Below are positions 1 through 16,164 of a DNA stretch of 64,000 bases, one piece after another. Both the position numbers and the translations under genes were made by a program. Positions within the stretch are counted from its first letter, which is position 1. Each line of letters begins with the position of its first letter. Below the pieces are notes generated by a model. The model had not been told where the DNA came from and did not search any database. It worked only from the letters and a program-made list of their open reading frames with translations. The DNA lies in contig NW_024704742.1 of NCBI RefSeq assembly GCF_018977255.1, positions 136,340,001-136,404,000 on the forward strand. Reading direction: 5' to 3'. This DNA comes from Callorhinchus milii (lineage: Eukaryota).

Positions 1-962
1 CAGAATATGATTAAATTTAAATTCAAGTTAAGTACACTAAGTGAAATTATTAATCTTAGATCTGACATAGTTATGTGCAACTTTAAAACTAAAATTGCTG
101 AATCAATAGAATTAAATTATACTGTAATGCAATTCATCAACTGTACAGGTTATTTCGCCCACAAAATATACAGTCAATTCACTTTACAGTATATTCTGTG
201 AAGGGCTTTGAGATGTCTCAAAGTGATATAAAATGCAATTTTTTTTATTTTTATGTGAAATACAGTCTCTACACTTTACAGTTATTTTCTGCCATGTGCA
301 CTATACTTTTATGATTTTATCCCTCAAGATAAAAAACCCAATAAGAATTTGGTCACTCAATCCACGACTGTTTGTGGGACACTGCTGTGCGCAAATGGCT
401 GCCATGTTTCGCCCACAAATATACAGTCAATTCACTTTACAGTATATTCTGTGAAGCGCTTTGAGACGTCTAGAAGACGTGAAAAGCGCTAATTCAAATG
501 CAAGGATTATTATTATTATTATTATTATTATGTGTTGGCTTTAGCCAACCTGCGCCTAACACTCTCCGGAATTAGGTAAGCAGGATGCGTCATTTGAGTT
601 GAGGGAAAGATCGTTCATTCCAGACACAAGGAAATGTTTCTGTCCAGGTTGGATACATGGAACTCTGTTTGGTTTGGACACTAAATAAATAGTGTAATAT
701 CAGAGTATGATTAAATTTAAGTTCAAGTTAAATACAGTGAGTGAAATTATTAATCTTAGCTCTGACATGGTAAAACTAAAATTGCTGAATCAATATCATT
801 CAATTATACGATAATGCAAATCATCAACTGTACAGATTGTGTCAGTCTGGCTCAGTTGGTAGCAATCTTGCCTCTGAATCAGAAGGTTGTGGGTTCAAGC
901 CCCACATCTGGACTTGAAACTCGTATGGTCTAAGGTGGACATTAAAATTTGAGTTTGAATTT

Positions 963-1238
963 GACCTGAGTTCAATTCCAGGCAGAGGGCGAAACCTTGG
1001 GCAAGTTTCCTTACTCCACACAGAGCCTAATAATAATCCCTCCAAAACCAAAAACAATAATAAATTGGTCATTTTCAATCTACGACTGTTTGTGGGACAT
1101 TGCTGTGCGCAATTGGCTGCCGCGTTCGCCCACAAATATACAGTCAATTCACTTTACAGTGTGTTCTGTGAAGCACTTTGGGACGTCGAGAAGACGTGAA
1201 AAGCACTGTATCAAATGTAAGGATTATTATTATTATTA
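963..1238 (+). mobile_element. Young SINE, short subfamily, 5'-truncated
   Basis: Matches 36461-36783 from the B box onward. Confidence 0.88.
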
Positions 1239-2629
1239 AAATGGACTGCCTGTTCAGGTGGACATTAAAGATCCCATGGCAAAGATAAGAGTCTTTTTCT
1301 CTCTCCTCGTGTCCTGGCTGACAATCCACCAAATAAAATTGGTCATTCACTTCATGGCTGTTCGCAAGGTCATTGCTGTGCACAAAACTGTCTTGTCACA
1401 TTTACTCACAAAACACAAAATCACTCTACTTTATACCTCATATTGTGAAGCCCACAAAACATACAGTCAATTCACTTTACAGTATATTCTGTGAAGCACT
1501 TGAGAGGTCTCGAAGACGTGATAAGGCACTATATTATATTACAATAATGCAAGGATTATCCTGTGAAGTGCTTTGGGACATCCTCCTGTTGTGAAAGGTG
1601 CTGTGAGATGTAAGAATTATTATTATTACAGAGGAGGGTTTGGGGTACCTCATTCTGGTGATAATATTCACAGGCACGGATGAGAGAGGAAAGAAAGAAC
1701 TCGTGAATTTGCGACATTGACATCACAAACAGCTTCACAGGGAATTGACTGTGACTAATTGACGAGAGTAACTACATTTGAAGGCAAATCTAAGCAGCCA
1801 ATTTACGCACAGCAGGAACCCAACATAGAGGGAAGATTCACTGGGACAGCACCAAAGAGCTTAGATCTGTGGAGAGACTTCACAAGTTCAGACTGTTCTC
1901 GTGAGAACAGAGAGGCAGTCGGGGAATCTAACCGAGGTTTACAAAAACATGAATGGAATTGAAAGGGAAAGCAGAGAGCAAGATAATAATAATAATCCTT
2001 CAATCTGATATAGCATTTTATCACGTCGTTGAGACGTCTCAAAACGCTTCACAGAATATATTGTAAAGATAGAGAGAGACTATTTCCAAGTGGTTGCAAA
2101 TCCGTTTCGCTCACAAAATACAGTCAATTCACTTTACAGTATATCTTCTAAAGCACTTTGAGACTTTGCGATGGCATGAAAGGCTCTGTATCATTCGCGA
2201 GGATTATTATTAACAATTATCACCAGAAAGAGCGGAAATTGAAAGATTTAACACAGAGAAGGAGTTGTATAATACTGTATATATTAATGCTTGAAATTGA
2301 TAGAGCACATTATCACATTGGAAGGATGTCGCAAAGTGATTCACCGGATTCTACCGTGGAATGGAGTGACTGTGTATTTGTAGCAGCCCAATTGCGCACA
2401 GCAATGTCCCACAAACAGCCACGAAACGATGACCAATTTTTATTTGGGGGATTGCTCGCCAGGACACCAGGAAAGAGAAACTCTCTTCTCTTTTCGAGTC
2501 GTGCCGTGGGATCTTTAACATCCACCTGAACAGGCAGACGGGAACTCAGTTGTTGGAATGAGAATATTTCTGACTACAAACGTAATGTTAAGATTAAAAT
2601 CCTCAATTCGTTAGACAGAACGGACACCC

Positions 2630-2965
2630 TCTTAATTCAAGCGCTCATGTGAGGGACTTTGAGTTCGCAGTCTAGGCTGACACACCAATGTAGTGCTGCA
2701 AGGGTGGGGTTGGGCGGAGATGCAATGTCTTAGATACTTTGGATAAGACATTAAACCGAGATCCAGACTGTGCCTGTTCAGGTGGACGTTAAAGATCCCG
2801 AGACTCTTATTCGAAAAGAGGAAGGAGTTTCTCTTGGTGTCCCGTCCAAAAATCACCCCCACCCCCAATAAATAAAATTGTTCATTCTCTTCTCTTCATG
2901 GCTGTTTGTGGGATATTACTGTGCACAAAAATTGGCTGGTTTGACACAAGACAGTCACTACACGT
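2630..2965 (+). mobile_element. Older Deu-domain SINE of SacSINE1/AmnSINE type (representative; many fragments, e.g. 7600-7877 minus, 29900-30220 minus, 59500-59660 minus)
   Basis: Diagnostic TTAAACCGAG...TGCCTGTTCAGGTGGACGTTAAAGATCCC...CTATTCGAA...GCTGTTTGTGGGA...CTGTGCAC...ATTGGCTG. Boundaries approximate. Confidence 0.75.
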
Positions 2966-4183
2966 CTCAGTTAAAAAAAATACACATTTTTTAAAAATCC
3001 TGCAAAGTGCTTTGACCTCAGCGTGATAAACTACAGACCTCCATAATAATACTTGCATTCAATATCACCCTTTTCACTCTGGGAGGACATCTCAAAGCTC
3101 TTTACCACAAAGTAACTGTATGTTATAGGCCACATAACCGTGGCCCACAAACAGCCATGAGGTGAATGAACGACTGTATTTGGCAACATCAATTCGAAGG
3201 GGGTTTGCAATCGCTTGCAAGATCTGCCTCGCTTGCGTCCTGTGACCTTCAGCACTTTATGTGGAGGCTGAATGGATTCCCTCTACCTGCTGGAACCAGA
3301 CTGGGCCAAAAGAATAGCCTTGACTTGACGGAGGCACACTTGCTGTGGGACAATAAACACAAGTTCTTTGTTCTTCTGGTTAAAAAGAAAATCAGTGTTT
3401 GAAAAGGATTCAAGAATTCTATATGGGTGTGGGACAGGGCAGGATGGGAGAAATGTGCCCTATTATTATAATAACATAATTCATATGTAGTGATTGCAAA
3501 TGTGACAGCCATTTTGTGCACCCAAGTCCCGCAAACAGTCAGGGGCAAATGACCGAATGATATGTCACTTTACGCTAAATGTTGCTGAGAGCTTTCAGAT
3601 GTTCTCCTGAGGTGAGACGTGCTGTATCAAATTCAAGGATTATTATTATTACAATAAACTTCTGACCCCGAGTTCAAGATTTCTTAACTCTCTCTCTCTC
3701 TGTTGCTTGCGTCAGGAATCAATCCGGTTCCCTCTTGACCAGCCTCATATTATTCCAGGTGCTGAATATCACATCGATCAAAACTGCAAATAAACTGCAT
3801 ACACTGAGCTTATAATGTCAAGATGTCTCTCAGTGCATTGCAGGGTTAATGTTGAGTGCAGTGACTGTATTTGTCAGAGAACGCAGCATCCAAGTTGGGT
3901 ACAGCAATGCCCCACAAATCACTTCAATGTCCCCAAAAAAATGCACAACTAATTTTTCTGTAGGATTCCTGTCCTGTCCTAGGAGAAACCACCTTCCCTT
4001 CTCAAATAGTCCCACCCGAGTGAGACATACGGGACTTCGGGTTAATAACTCATCTGAAAGATGAGCTGCATTTGCTGTGAGCTCAAAGACAACGGGGAAG
4101 AGTGTTACCTACTGAGTAAGTAAGAAACCTAAAAGGGAGTTTAGGTGGAACTCCTTCACTCAGAGAATGTAGAGAAGGGAGAT

Positions 4184-4524
4184 AATAATAATAATCCTTG
4201 CATTTGCTATAGTGCCTTATTATGTCTTCGAGAGTCTCAAAGAATATACTATAAAGTGAATTGATTGTATATTTTGTGGGCGAAACGGGCCAACCAATTG
4301 CACACAGCAGTGTCCCACAAACAGTCGTGGATTGAGTGACCAATTTATTATTTTTTTTGAAGGAATTATTACCCCTGGAAAAGCGATCCGGATTTCTACT
4401 TACTGCTCGGTAAACACAGAGGTGTGGAGTAAGGAAACTTGCGCAACATTTCGCCCTACCGGGAATCAAACCCAGGTCTCTCGCTTGTGAGGCGAGTGCT
4501 TCAAACACTGAGCTGCAGGACTCC
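4184..4524 (-). mobile_element. SINE, long subfamily with an extra ~70-nt internal segment (representative; others near 6870-7245, 7924-8294, 33268-33632, 35941-36288, 44180-44460, 47084-47338)
   Basis: Same head and tail as the short subfamily plus the segment ...TGTTTACCGAGCAGTAAGTAG...GGATCGCTTT...; copies are more diverged from each other. Confidence 0.85.
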
Positions 4525-7500
4525 ACAGTTTGGAGAAATTTTGGGAAAGACATCATGTTAGATTGTTTGAAAAGTATCCTTCATTTTTAGTTGTGTGTAG
4601 TCATAGGTCTCGCTAGCTGGTGACAAGTCTAAATTTACCATCTAATCCTATGCCCTTCAGTGACTTTCACCGGAAATCTATCTTTCATCTCAAATGACTG
4701 TCACCTGGTTCAGGTGGTAGCACTCTGGCCTGTGGGCCAGAATGCTGTGGGTTCACATCAGGAATTTTAGCTGACACCAGGTTAGGGGGAGGAGGTGTGT
4801 TTGTCAGAGGTGTTCTTCAGATGAGATGTTAAACCAAGGTCCAGTCTAACTATTCTTCAGGTGGATGTTGGATAGAGAAGGGTGTTCCTTCCTCTTAGTG
4901 TTGCAGCTGAGAATCACAAGGTCGGTTTGGACACAGAAGCCTTTTGGCCCATACCTCTCATCCCTCCACATTATCCACTGAACTGTCCCATCCAACATAG
5001 CACTGAGCTGTGTTTTTGCAGTCCCAATGGCCTGGCCATAGTCACTAGGCCTAATAAAGCTGGTCATTCACCTCACTGCTGATTGTCATGAGGTTATGAG
5101 CAAATTTGCTTTGTGCTTTCCTACAATAAATACAACAAGAACTTGCATTCATTCATGTAGCGCTCTTCACAGAGTGCTTTATAGAGACGGAGGGAGGTAA
5201 CCATAGGCATGATAGATGAGATGGCTTTTGAAGATAGATAGAGAAGGAATGAGACCGCGGAGTTGATAGAAGGAGTTCCAGTAAATGGGGGTATGAGTGC
5301 TCCGAGACACTGCCCAGTGTGCGGGACACACAAATTGTTGTTGTTGTTGAAGTGGCTGAAGGAATATTAAAATGGATGGAGATCAAGCAAGAGAATAGGC
5401 TAAGAATAAGCAAAGTACGTGAAGAGAAATACCAGTAAAGACTTGATGGTCAAGGGTCAGTCCACCCTCGACTCCAGCACCACTGCTGTGCTGACAGAAC
5501 GTCTGTCAGACATCAAGTCCTGGATGAGAGCTAATTTCCTTCAGTTGAACGTCAACAAGCCCGAGGCTCTCCTGATTGGCTCCCGTCAGCGCCTCCTCAC
5601 CTCAGGCGCTGACAGCATCACCATCCATGGTTGCACACTCCATTTTGCTAAACCAGAACTCTGGAGGCCATGTCCTCTCCTGCACTAGGCTCTGTGACCC
5701 TATCACCCCTATCTTTGCCCAACTCCACTGGCTTCCCATTACTCAGAGGATACACTTCAAGATCCTGGTCCTCACCTTCAAAGCCCTCCACAGTCTTGCT
5801 CCCCCACCTGCCCTCCCCCCAACCCCCAGCTCGGGTACGTAACTCTGTCTATCCAGCGCCTTGGGATGTCCTCCCAACGTGAAAGGCGCTATACAAATGT
5901 AATTTTTTTTGTTGTTGCTGTTGATGATGAGTTGAATGACTTGTTCCTGTGCATTCTATGGTTATATCATTAAAAGTTAATGTTCATTATAAGCGCTCTG
6001 AAAAGCTACTCTGTATGAAGAGCATTGTATATAAATGCAAGTTGTTGTAAGATGTCTGCCCAGCTTAGCTGGTAGCACTCTGTAGATTAACTGTATATTT
6101 TCTGGGCAAAACACAGCAGCCAATTGTCCAGGGCATTGTCCCACAAACAGTTGTGGATTAAGTGACCAAATTATTATTATTTTATTTTATTGAAAGGATT
6201 ATTACTCCCGGAAAGTGATCCACTAATCGATTAACAACCGGGTTCCTACTTACTGCTCGGTAAACAAGAGGCGTGTGGAGTAAGGAAAATTGCCCAAGAT
6301 TTCGCCCCGCCTGGGAACCGAAACAGGGTCCCTATCGCTTTCGAGGCAAGTGCTCTAACCACTGAGCTACAGCACTCCAGGTTGGTGTTGTTATTATTAA
6401 TAATATAATTCTGATTCTATGGGGGGGGGAAAAAAAAAATCGCACAAGAGAAAACAGACACCAAACAAACAGCTAATATTAACAATCGCACAGTCAGCTC
6501 TCAGCGACACTTCACCCCACAGTCTGGCAGAGGACTCACTACACTTGAAGTGCTGTAGGCAGCAATCCCATTGATATATCCCAGAGCTAAGGGCCCCTCA
6601 CACTGCAAAAGGCATTGTTCCAATTGAGCGAGAATGTTTCTGGAGGGTAAACCTTGAACCCATGTCTCCCGCGTCAGAGTTAAGTGTGTGGCTCAGTCGA
6701 TTAGGGGTCAGAACGTCGTGGGTTCGAGCCTCACGTGGGGGACTTTGAGCTCACAGTCCAGGCTGATGCTCCAGCGCAGTGATGGGAAAAAAAGGGAAAG
6801 GGGTTTCTCCCAGTGTCCTAGCCAACAATAAAACCTCTCTCTTTGTGGCTGTTCATACGACCTAACAATAATAACCCTTGCATTTGATATAGCTCCTTAC
6901 CATGTCGTTGAGAAGTCTCGAAGCACTTCACAGGAGAAACTGTAAAGTGAATTGATTCTATATTTTGTGGGCGAAACGTGTCGGCCAGTGGTGCACAGCA
7001 GTGTCCCACAAACGTGGATTGAGTGACCAAATGATTTTTATGATTTTGTTTCTTTTTTTTGAAGGGATTATTACTCCCAGAAAGCTATCCATCAATCGAC
7101 CAACAACCAAGTTCCTACTTGAAGCTAGGTTAACAGACACGTGTGGAGTAAAGAAAATTTGCCCAACCTTTCGCCCTACTAGGAATCGAACCCAGGTCTC
7201 TCGCTGGCAAGGCAAGCGCTCTAACCACTGAGCTACAGAACTCCACAAATAATAATTCTTATACAACGTTCGAGAAAGTGTCTGCAACATCTCAACATCT
7301 CAAAGCACTTTAAATACCTCAGTCAGATCCTCCGCTCCAGGGAAAACAAACCTAAGTTTATCCAGCCTCTCATCACTGCTGTGTCCCAGGCATTAATCTT
7401 CACACAAGCGTGCAGAATATATCAGTGGGGGGGGGGGGGGGGCAGGGATTCTTCCCATTCGGCTCCTGTTAACCAAAGCTCTAATGCGTAGGGTGGTTCT

Positions 7501-10500
7501 AGCTGGATAAACAGCAGGAGGCTTGCCAGACTGCGCTTTAGCTGCTAAAACTAAAGCAGTTTACCCCAAAGTGCCAGAAGCAACGTGAAGTGAATGCACA
7601 ATTTTATTTGGGGATTTGTTGACCAGGAATCCAAGAGAGAGAAACTCCCTTCTCTTTTCGAATAGTGCCATGGGATCTTTAACGTCCACCTGAACAGGCA
7701 GAGGTGCCTTGGTTTGATGTCTCATACAAAGGACGGCACCTCCATTAATTGAGAGCACTCTTCCTCCCACCCCCACACACTGCATTGGAGTGTCAGCCTA
7801 GAGTGTGTGAGCTCAAGGTCCCAATGTGGGGCTTAACTCAGAGGCGAGACTGCTTCTAACTGACCCAGGCTGACACCGAATATAGAGATAATAATGATAA
7901 TCCCTGCATTTAATAATATTGATAATCCTTGCATTTGATACAGCGCCTTATCAGAAGGCATCTTCGAATGTCTCAAAGCGCTTCACATAATATACTGTGA
8001 AGTGAATTGACTGTATTTTGCGGGAGAAATGCAGCAGCTAATTGCACACAGGAGTGTCCCACAAACAGTCGAGGATTGAGGGGGCGGATTAGTACCTCAC
8101 TGGGAGGGAGCGGATTATTATCCTCTTGGAAAGCGATCCGCCAATTGACTAACAACCCGGTTACTATTTACTGCGAGGTAAACAGAGGCGTGTGGAGTAA
8201 GGAAACTTGCCTAAGGTTTCGCCCGGCCTGGGAATCGAGCCTGGGACCTCTCGCTTGCGAGGCGAGCGCTCTAACCATTAGTCTATAGGACTCCAATATG
8301 AAGACACAGAAAATAGGTGGATTGAGAAAAGAAAAGATGGAGCCTTGATGGAGAAAAGACTCTTATAGTGGGCTGAGGGTTCGGTGATGTGCCGATTGCC
8401 TTGGATCTGAATGATTGGAAGATGCCTGAGGGGGTTAAAGGTTTAAATGTTCCTGCCTCTTTCTGTGAAACAGATTTTCTACTTGACGTCAGCCGCAGCC
8501 CATATGTTTGTGTTTCACTTGCCCAGTGCAGGCCATTCATTAATCTAATCAGCTCTGTTGGCCGGCACTGCTGGCTACAGAGCAATATAGACCTATTCCA
8601 GAGGAATCTTTTAACTTGATCTAGAGCTTTAGCACGTCAAAGCATTTCAAAGCACTTCACTGGTAATTTCTGTCAAGTGTAGTGACTATATTTGTAGGCA
8701 AACACAGTGGCCAATTTTCACACATAATCCCGCAGTAATTATAATATAATCACAATACTTGCATTTGATATAGCACCTTATCACGTCATTGCGACGTCTT
8801 AAAGCGTTTCACAGAACACATTGTAAAGTGAATTAACTGTGTATTTTGTCAGGCAGCCAATTGCGCACAGCAGTGTCCCACAAACAGTCGTGGATTGAGG
8901 GACCAAATTATTATTATTTTTATTTATTTATTTATTTGAAGGGATTATTATCCTCAAAAAATGATCCGCCAATTGACTAACTTGCACTTGATATAGCGCC
9001 TTATCACATCTTCGAGACGTCTCAAAGTGCTTCACAGAATATACCGTAAACTGAATCGACTGTATATTTTGTGGGCGGAATTTTGTAGGTTAAGAGTTAC
9101 TGCTAGATAAACAGCGTGTAATAAGGAAACTTGCCTACGGTTTCGCCCTGGCTGGGAACCAAACCCAGTCCTCTCGCTTGTGAGGGAGTGCTCTAAGCAA
9201 TACAATATCCATCTGTTTATCAGGGCACTGAGAGAAACTCACTTCCCTTTTCCAATAGCATTGCGGGATCTTTAACGTCCACCTTAACAAGCACAGATGG
9301 GATCCTGTTTTAACTTCTCATCCAAAGGATGGGAGGGCAACCAACTGAGCCAGGCTGTCAAATTCGAAGAAGGCTTTGTGTTAGTGAGGGGAAGTGTGAA
9401 GAGAGGGGACATGAACGGAATCTGGATTGGATTTGGATGAGTGCGCAGTGTGTAAATGAGACTGGATTCGATAAATTGACCCCTTCCTTGAAAATCCTTC
9501 TTGTGCTTGGGGGGAGGGAGGGGGAGCGGGGAATGCTGCATTGTCAGAGCGGCCGTCCCTTGGACGAGTTGTGTTTCAGCCTGGCTCAGTGAGTTACGCT
9601 CTCAGAAAGTTGAATCCCAGTGAAAGCTGACACTCCAATGCAGCATTGGCTCAGTGCTGCATTGTCAGGAGTTGCTGTTCTTCAGATGAGACAACAATGA
9701 ATGACATTCGTGTCGAGAGGACAGCCCAAAGCGCTGGACAGTCAGGGATTTGAACCCGAGCGAAGGGTTGCGATCAAGAGGTGCAGGCAGGGAGGGTAAA
9801 GGTTGCAATGTGACCAAAGGTGCGGTCGAAGAGGACGGGGAGACATTAAAAACAGGCCCCCGCCCGCCTGATCAGGTGGATGTGACAATATTCGAAAAGA
9901 GAAGAGAGTTTCTCTCTTAACAGCAACAACAATATTTCATTTGTAAAGCGTTTCATTTGTATTTTCAAGTTACATTTCATACTCTCCAGTATCCCGGCCA
10001 ACAATCCGCGGATAAAATTGGTCAGTCACTTCATTGTTTGGTGGACAGTACAATCACTTTGCATCACTTTGCCTCTATTGCTGACAGATACACAGTCACT
10101 ACACTGTGACGCTCTCTGAGGTTACAGTTTCTGTATTAATTATTGGTATCATTATTATTAACAGTATTATTAGTATTAATGATTATTATCATCAGATGGG
10201 GAGGAGAATTTTTTTTACCCGGCGAGTTGTTAAGAGTCTGGAATACATTACCTGAAAGGTTGGTGGAAGCAGAATCAATAGTATCTTTCAAAAGAGAATT
10301 ACAAAGGGAAATGTGCAGGCTTATAATAATAATAAAATAATAATAATAATAATCCTTGTATTCGATTATCATGTTTTCGGGACGTCTGAAAGCGCTTCAC
10401 AGAATAATAAAAATAAAAATAAATAAATAAATAGTAATAAAATAATAGTGCGAAGTGAATTAATAATAATAATAATCCTTGCATTTGATATAGCGCTTTT

Positions 10501-10947
10501 CACGTCGGGAGGACGTCCCAAAGCGCTTCACAGAACACACTGTAAAGTGAATTGACTGTATATTTTGCGGCAAACTATATCTTATATGTTTGATTTTATA
10601 AAATATTTATTATGGGGAAAGAGCGGGGGGAGTGGGACTAGTTGAACAGCTCTTTCAAAGAGCCAGCACAGGCGCGATGGGTCGAATGACCTCCTTGTGA
10701 GCTGTAAGATTCTATAAGATGAAAATTAAATGCACGAGTTGGTGATTATTGATATTAACATTTTATCAAGTTACATTTCATACTCTCCAGTGTCCTGGCC
10801 AACAATCCTCGGATAAAATTGGTCACTCACTTCATTGTTTGTTGGACAGTACAATCACTTTGCATCACTTTGCATCACTTTGCCTACGGATACACAGTCA
10901 CTACACTGTTACCCGCTCTGAGGTTACAGTTTCTGTGTTAATTATTA

Positions 10948-12167
<1,220 letters not shown>

Positions 12168-13886
12168 CTGAAAGAGAAACAATTAACAACAACAACAACA
12201 ACAACAACATTATATTTATAGAGTGCCTTTCACGTCAGGGGGACGTCCCAAGGCGCTGAGGTAGAAGATTCTCAAAAGCCGTGCTCGGACTGTATTTCTG
12301 TATCGTCTCAAAATGATTCACAGGTAATTGTTGTTAGGTCCACTGACTGTAGACAACACAAAACACAGCAGCCAAGGTCCCACAAACATTATTTTGGTCA
12401 GCCTGATGTCTGAGACATGCGGAAACCCAACCCGTGCTTAAGAGTATCCAAACCAAGATGGGAATTCCATGCATCCCACCTATAAGTGGAAACCCCAGAG
12501 ATAGATTGTCGGAATGGCAAACAAATGATGCAAGTCTATTGTACCTGAGGGATTGTTGGCCAGAGGAAACGCTCTTCTGTTTTCCAATAGTATCATAGCA
12601 ATGTTAACATCCTTACTGCTTTTTTTGCATTTGGTAATGGGCCTTTCATGCAAAGTGCTTCATGGTGCTGTTCGAAAAGAGGAGGGGATTTCTCTCAGTG
12701 GCCTGACCCCCAAATGAAATTGATCATGCACTCCATGGCTATTTGTGGGATACAACTGGCCTCCACGTTTGACCCACAAAATATACAGTCACTCCACTAT
12801 ACAGTGTGTACTGTGAAGCGCTTTGAAACATCTCAGTGAAGTGATCAAGCGCTAAATATCAAAAGCAAGGATTATTTATTATTGTTATTGAAATCCACCT
12901 GAACAAGCAGATGGCACTGCAAGAAAAGCAGCATATCCCCAGCACCGCTTGAGTTGACTTGAGGCTTAACGCACAACCATCTAACTCAGAAACAAGGGTA
13001 CTACCACTGAGCGAGGATGACACCCACTGAGCCAGCCACCTAAAGAAGCAGACAAGTCCTCAGTTTTGCATCTCATCTGAAGGACGACATCTCAGTATTA
13101 CACTGGAGAGTTAGCCTGGACTGCGTGAGCTCAATATCCCATCCTGGGGCTTGAACCCACGTCTGACCAGTAGATTAGAGCATCACTGACTGAGTCAGGC
13201 TGACACCTGGTGTCGTGGCCACGATTTCCCCAGATAAAATTGGGCCTTTGCCTCCTGATTTTGGAACGTGTCTATGTGCAAATTAGCAGCTGCGTTCACC
13301 TATAGTGCAATGATAATTGCTGTGAAGAATCATTTGGCATGAAAAGGCTCTATATGAAAGGCAAGGATTACTATTAAAGTCTTTGTTCGTTAATCCCAAC
13401 CCAAACAATGGATTTGCAGATACAAGAGCAGATATTCTGACGTCTAATTCTCCCTGTCCCTAGACCTGCGTGACACGATCAACTGATAATAATGAATCGA
13501 CGTTTAGTAGGTGACAACAATGGAGACGTGATAATGGAGAATAAATAATTAATGAAGAGGGGGCAAGCAAGGCTAGAGCTGTTTAACCCAGCAGTAACCC
13601 CTGTAAATTGCTCACTATTGCTGTCAAACTACATGAGGGAGTTACAGACATTGAGAATAATCCCTGCATTTGATATGGTACCTCCTCACATCTTTGAGAC
13701 ATCTCAAAGCGCTTCAGATTCACCGTATTTTCTGGGTGAAACGTGGCAACCAGTGCATTTACCAGTGAAATCAGGAAGCATTTTGCATGCAGAGCGTAGT
13801 GGAAATTGCAACTCTCTTCACCAAAAGGCTATCGATGCTGAATCCATTAAAATTTTCAAGACTAAGATGGATAGATTTTTGTTAGG

Positions 13887-14615
13887 TAACAACAAGATTA
13901 CATTTGTATAGTGCCTTTCACGTCGGAAGGATGTCCCAAAGCGCTGGAGAGAATACAGCATTTCAGACGCGAGCTGAGGTCTGGGGGGGGGGGGGGGGGA
14001 GAAGGGGGGGAGGGGAATGGGTGGCCGATGGCATGGTCGAAGAGAAGGGTTTTGAGGCAGGACTTGAAGGAGGCTAAGGAGGGGCGAGGCGGAGTGACTG
14101 GGGGATGGAATTCCAGAGGTTGGGGGCAGAGTGGCTGAAGGCTCTCCCGCCAATGGTGGGGCGGGTGGGTCGGGGGACGTGGTGCAGCCAGAGCCGGCTG
14201 AGCGGAGGGAATGGGCGGGTTGGTAGAGGGTTAGGAGGTCGCAGAGGTAGGATGGGGCGAGGCCATGGAGGGCTTTATAGGTGAGGACCAAGATCTTGAA
14301 CTGGATCCTCTGAAGGATAGGGAGCCAGTGGAGTCGGGCGAGAATGGGGGAGATGGGGTCATGGAGTTTGGTGCGGGAGAGGACACGGGCTGCAGAGTTG
14401 TGGATTATCTACAGCTTGTGGAGGGAGGAGTTGGGAAGGCTGACAAGCAGGGCATTTGCATAGTCGAGCCTGGAGGTGACGAAGGCAGGTGAGGTATTGG
14501 CGGAGTCGGGTGATGTTATGGAGGTGAGGGAAGGCAGAGCGGGTCATGGCTTGGATGTGGGGAAGAAGAGATAGTTGAGGGTTGAACAAGACACCGAGGT
14601 TCCTGACTGGAAGGG
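13887..14615 (-). mobile_element. L2 LINE 3' fragment
   Basis: VRNLGVLF and LVLTYKALHGLAPSYL peptides plus the same tail; highly similar to 44552-45143. Confidence 0.9.
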
Positions 14616-16164
14616 TATCAGTCAGTAAGGGTATCAAGGGATGATAATAATATTAAACTTTTGATATCGCCCCTTTTATTACGTCTTCTAGATGTCTCAA
14701 AGTGTTTCACAGAATTTCCTGTAAAATGAATTGTTTTGTGGGCGAAAAGTGGCAGCCAATTGTCCACAGCGGGGTCCCACAAACAGTCGTGGATTGACTG
14801 ACCAAATTAGTATATTTATATATATTTTTTAAGGGATATGGGGCAAATTCCAGTCAGTTGGAGTTGAGGTACAGATTATTAGCCATCATCTAATAGAATG
14901 GCGGAACAGGGTTGAATGTCCAACTCCTGTTCCTATGCAATACCCCTCCACTCAGCAAGCAATGTCCTCCTCCCTAACCGCCACTCTGCCCTCGCTCTCT
15001 GAAATTCCACCGTAGACTCGCCTCTGGAATGATTTAGTGCTCCCCCACCACTGTGCTGGAATGTTGGCCTGGATGGGGAGTCTCAAAGTCGCTGACGTTG
15101 GCTCGAACCCAACTGAGAGTGCTACCAACTGAGCCAAGCTGACGCCGTGATGAGCACAGGTTCCTGGGAACCTGATCCAAAGTTATTTCCAGCTTCAGTT
15201 TTCCTATTTATACACAATCTAATACATTTTACATGGAGAATAATGGATGCACGAGAGACTCATCCAACAGCTGCGAACCTGAGAGGAATGGAAGGAATCA
15301 CACGGTCACTGACTGAATGATGGTGACTGACAACCGTTCCCAGTTTGGCTCAGTTCTTTGTGCTCTAATCTTGGAGTCAAAAGGTTGTGGGTTAAACCAC
15401 CAAGTCACGACCATCAAACACACAGGTTCATATACATCATTTTACAATATATCCTGTGAAACGCTTTGAGACATCATATATCAAAATGCAAGGATTGTTA
15501 TTATTATTAACTGGCACTCCAGTGCATTGTCAGAGAGGTTAGAGAGCGGTTAAACTGCGTACTTATTATAATAATAATCCTTGCATTTGGTATAGCATCT
15601 TATTACATAATTGAGACGTCTGACACTATTCAAAAAGAGAAAGGAGTTTACCTCTCCCAGGGTCCTGGCCAACAAACTCCCAAATAAAATTGGTACTTCA
15701 CAGAATATACTGCAAAGTGGATTGATTATATTTTGCAAAGCATATCCTGCAAAGTGCTTTGAGACTCAACGATGTGATAAAATACAAGGATTTTTACGAT
15801 TCTACTTCGAGTCATCGCTGTGCGAAGAAAGACTCCACATTTGCTGAACAAAATTGTCACTAAAGTTGAAAGTTATTAGGTGTGAAGCACTTTGCAATGT
15901 TCGAACACTCAAGGTGCTATAAAAATCAATGCTTTTTACCATTTTTCCACAAGTCTCCATATCAGCAGCTACAACGCAGGCAGTTAATCTGGAGATTTTT
16001 CAGCCAGGACACTGCGAAAAACTCCCTTCTCTTCTCCAATAATGGGATCTTTACCAACTGAACCAGGCAGATGGGACCTCAGTTTAACATCTAATCCAAA
16101 CCTCCCTCAGGACTACAGGGTCAAGCTATTTATGAGCTCAAGCTACGTGGTTTTAGTTGGTTAG

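Noticed and set aside
12391..12450. Possible hammerhead ribozyme or C/D snoRNA in the unknown repeat (CTGA...GAAAC; TGATG...CTGA)
   Set aside because: The CUGANGA core and the RUGAUGA box C are incomplete and not conserved across copies.
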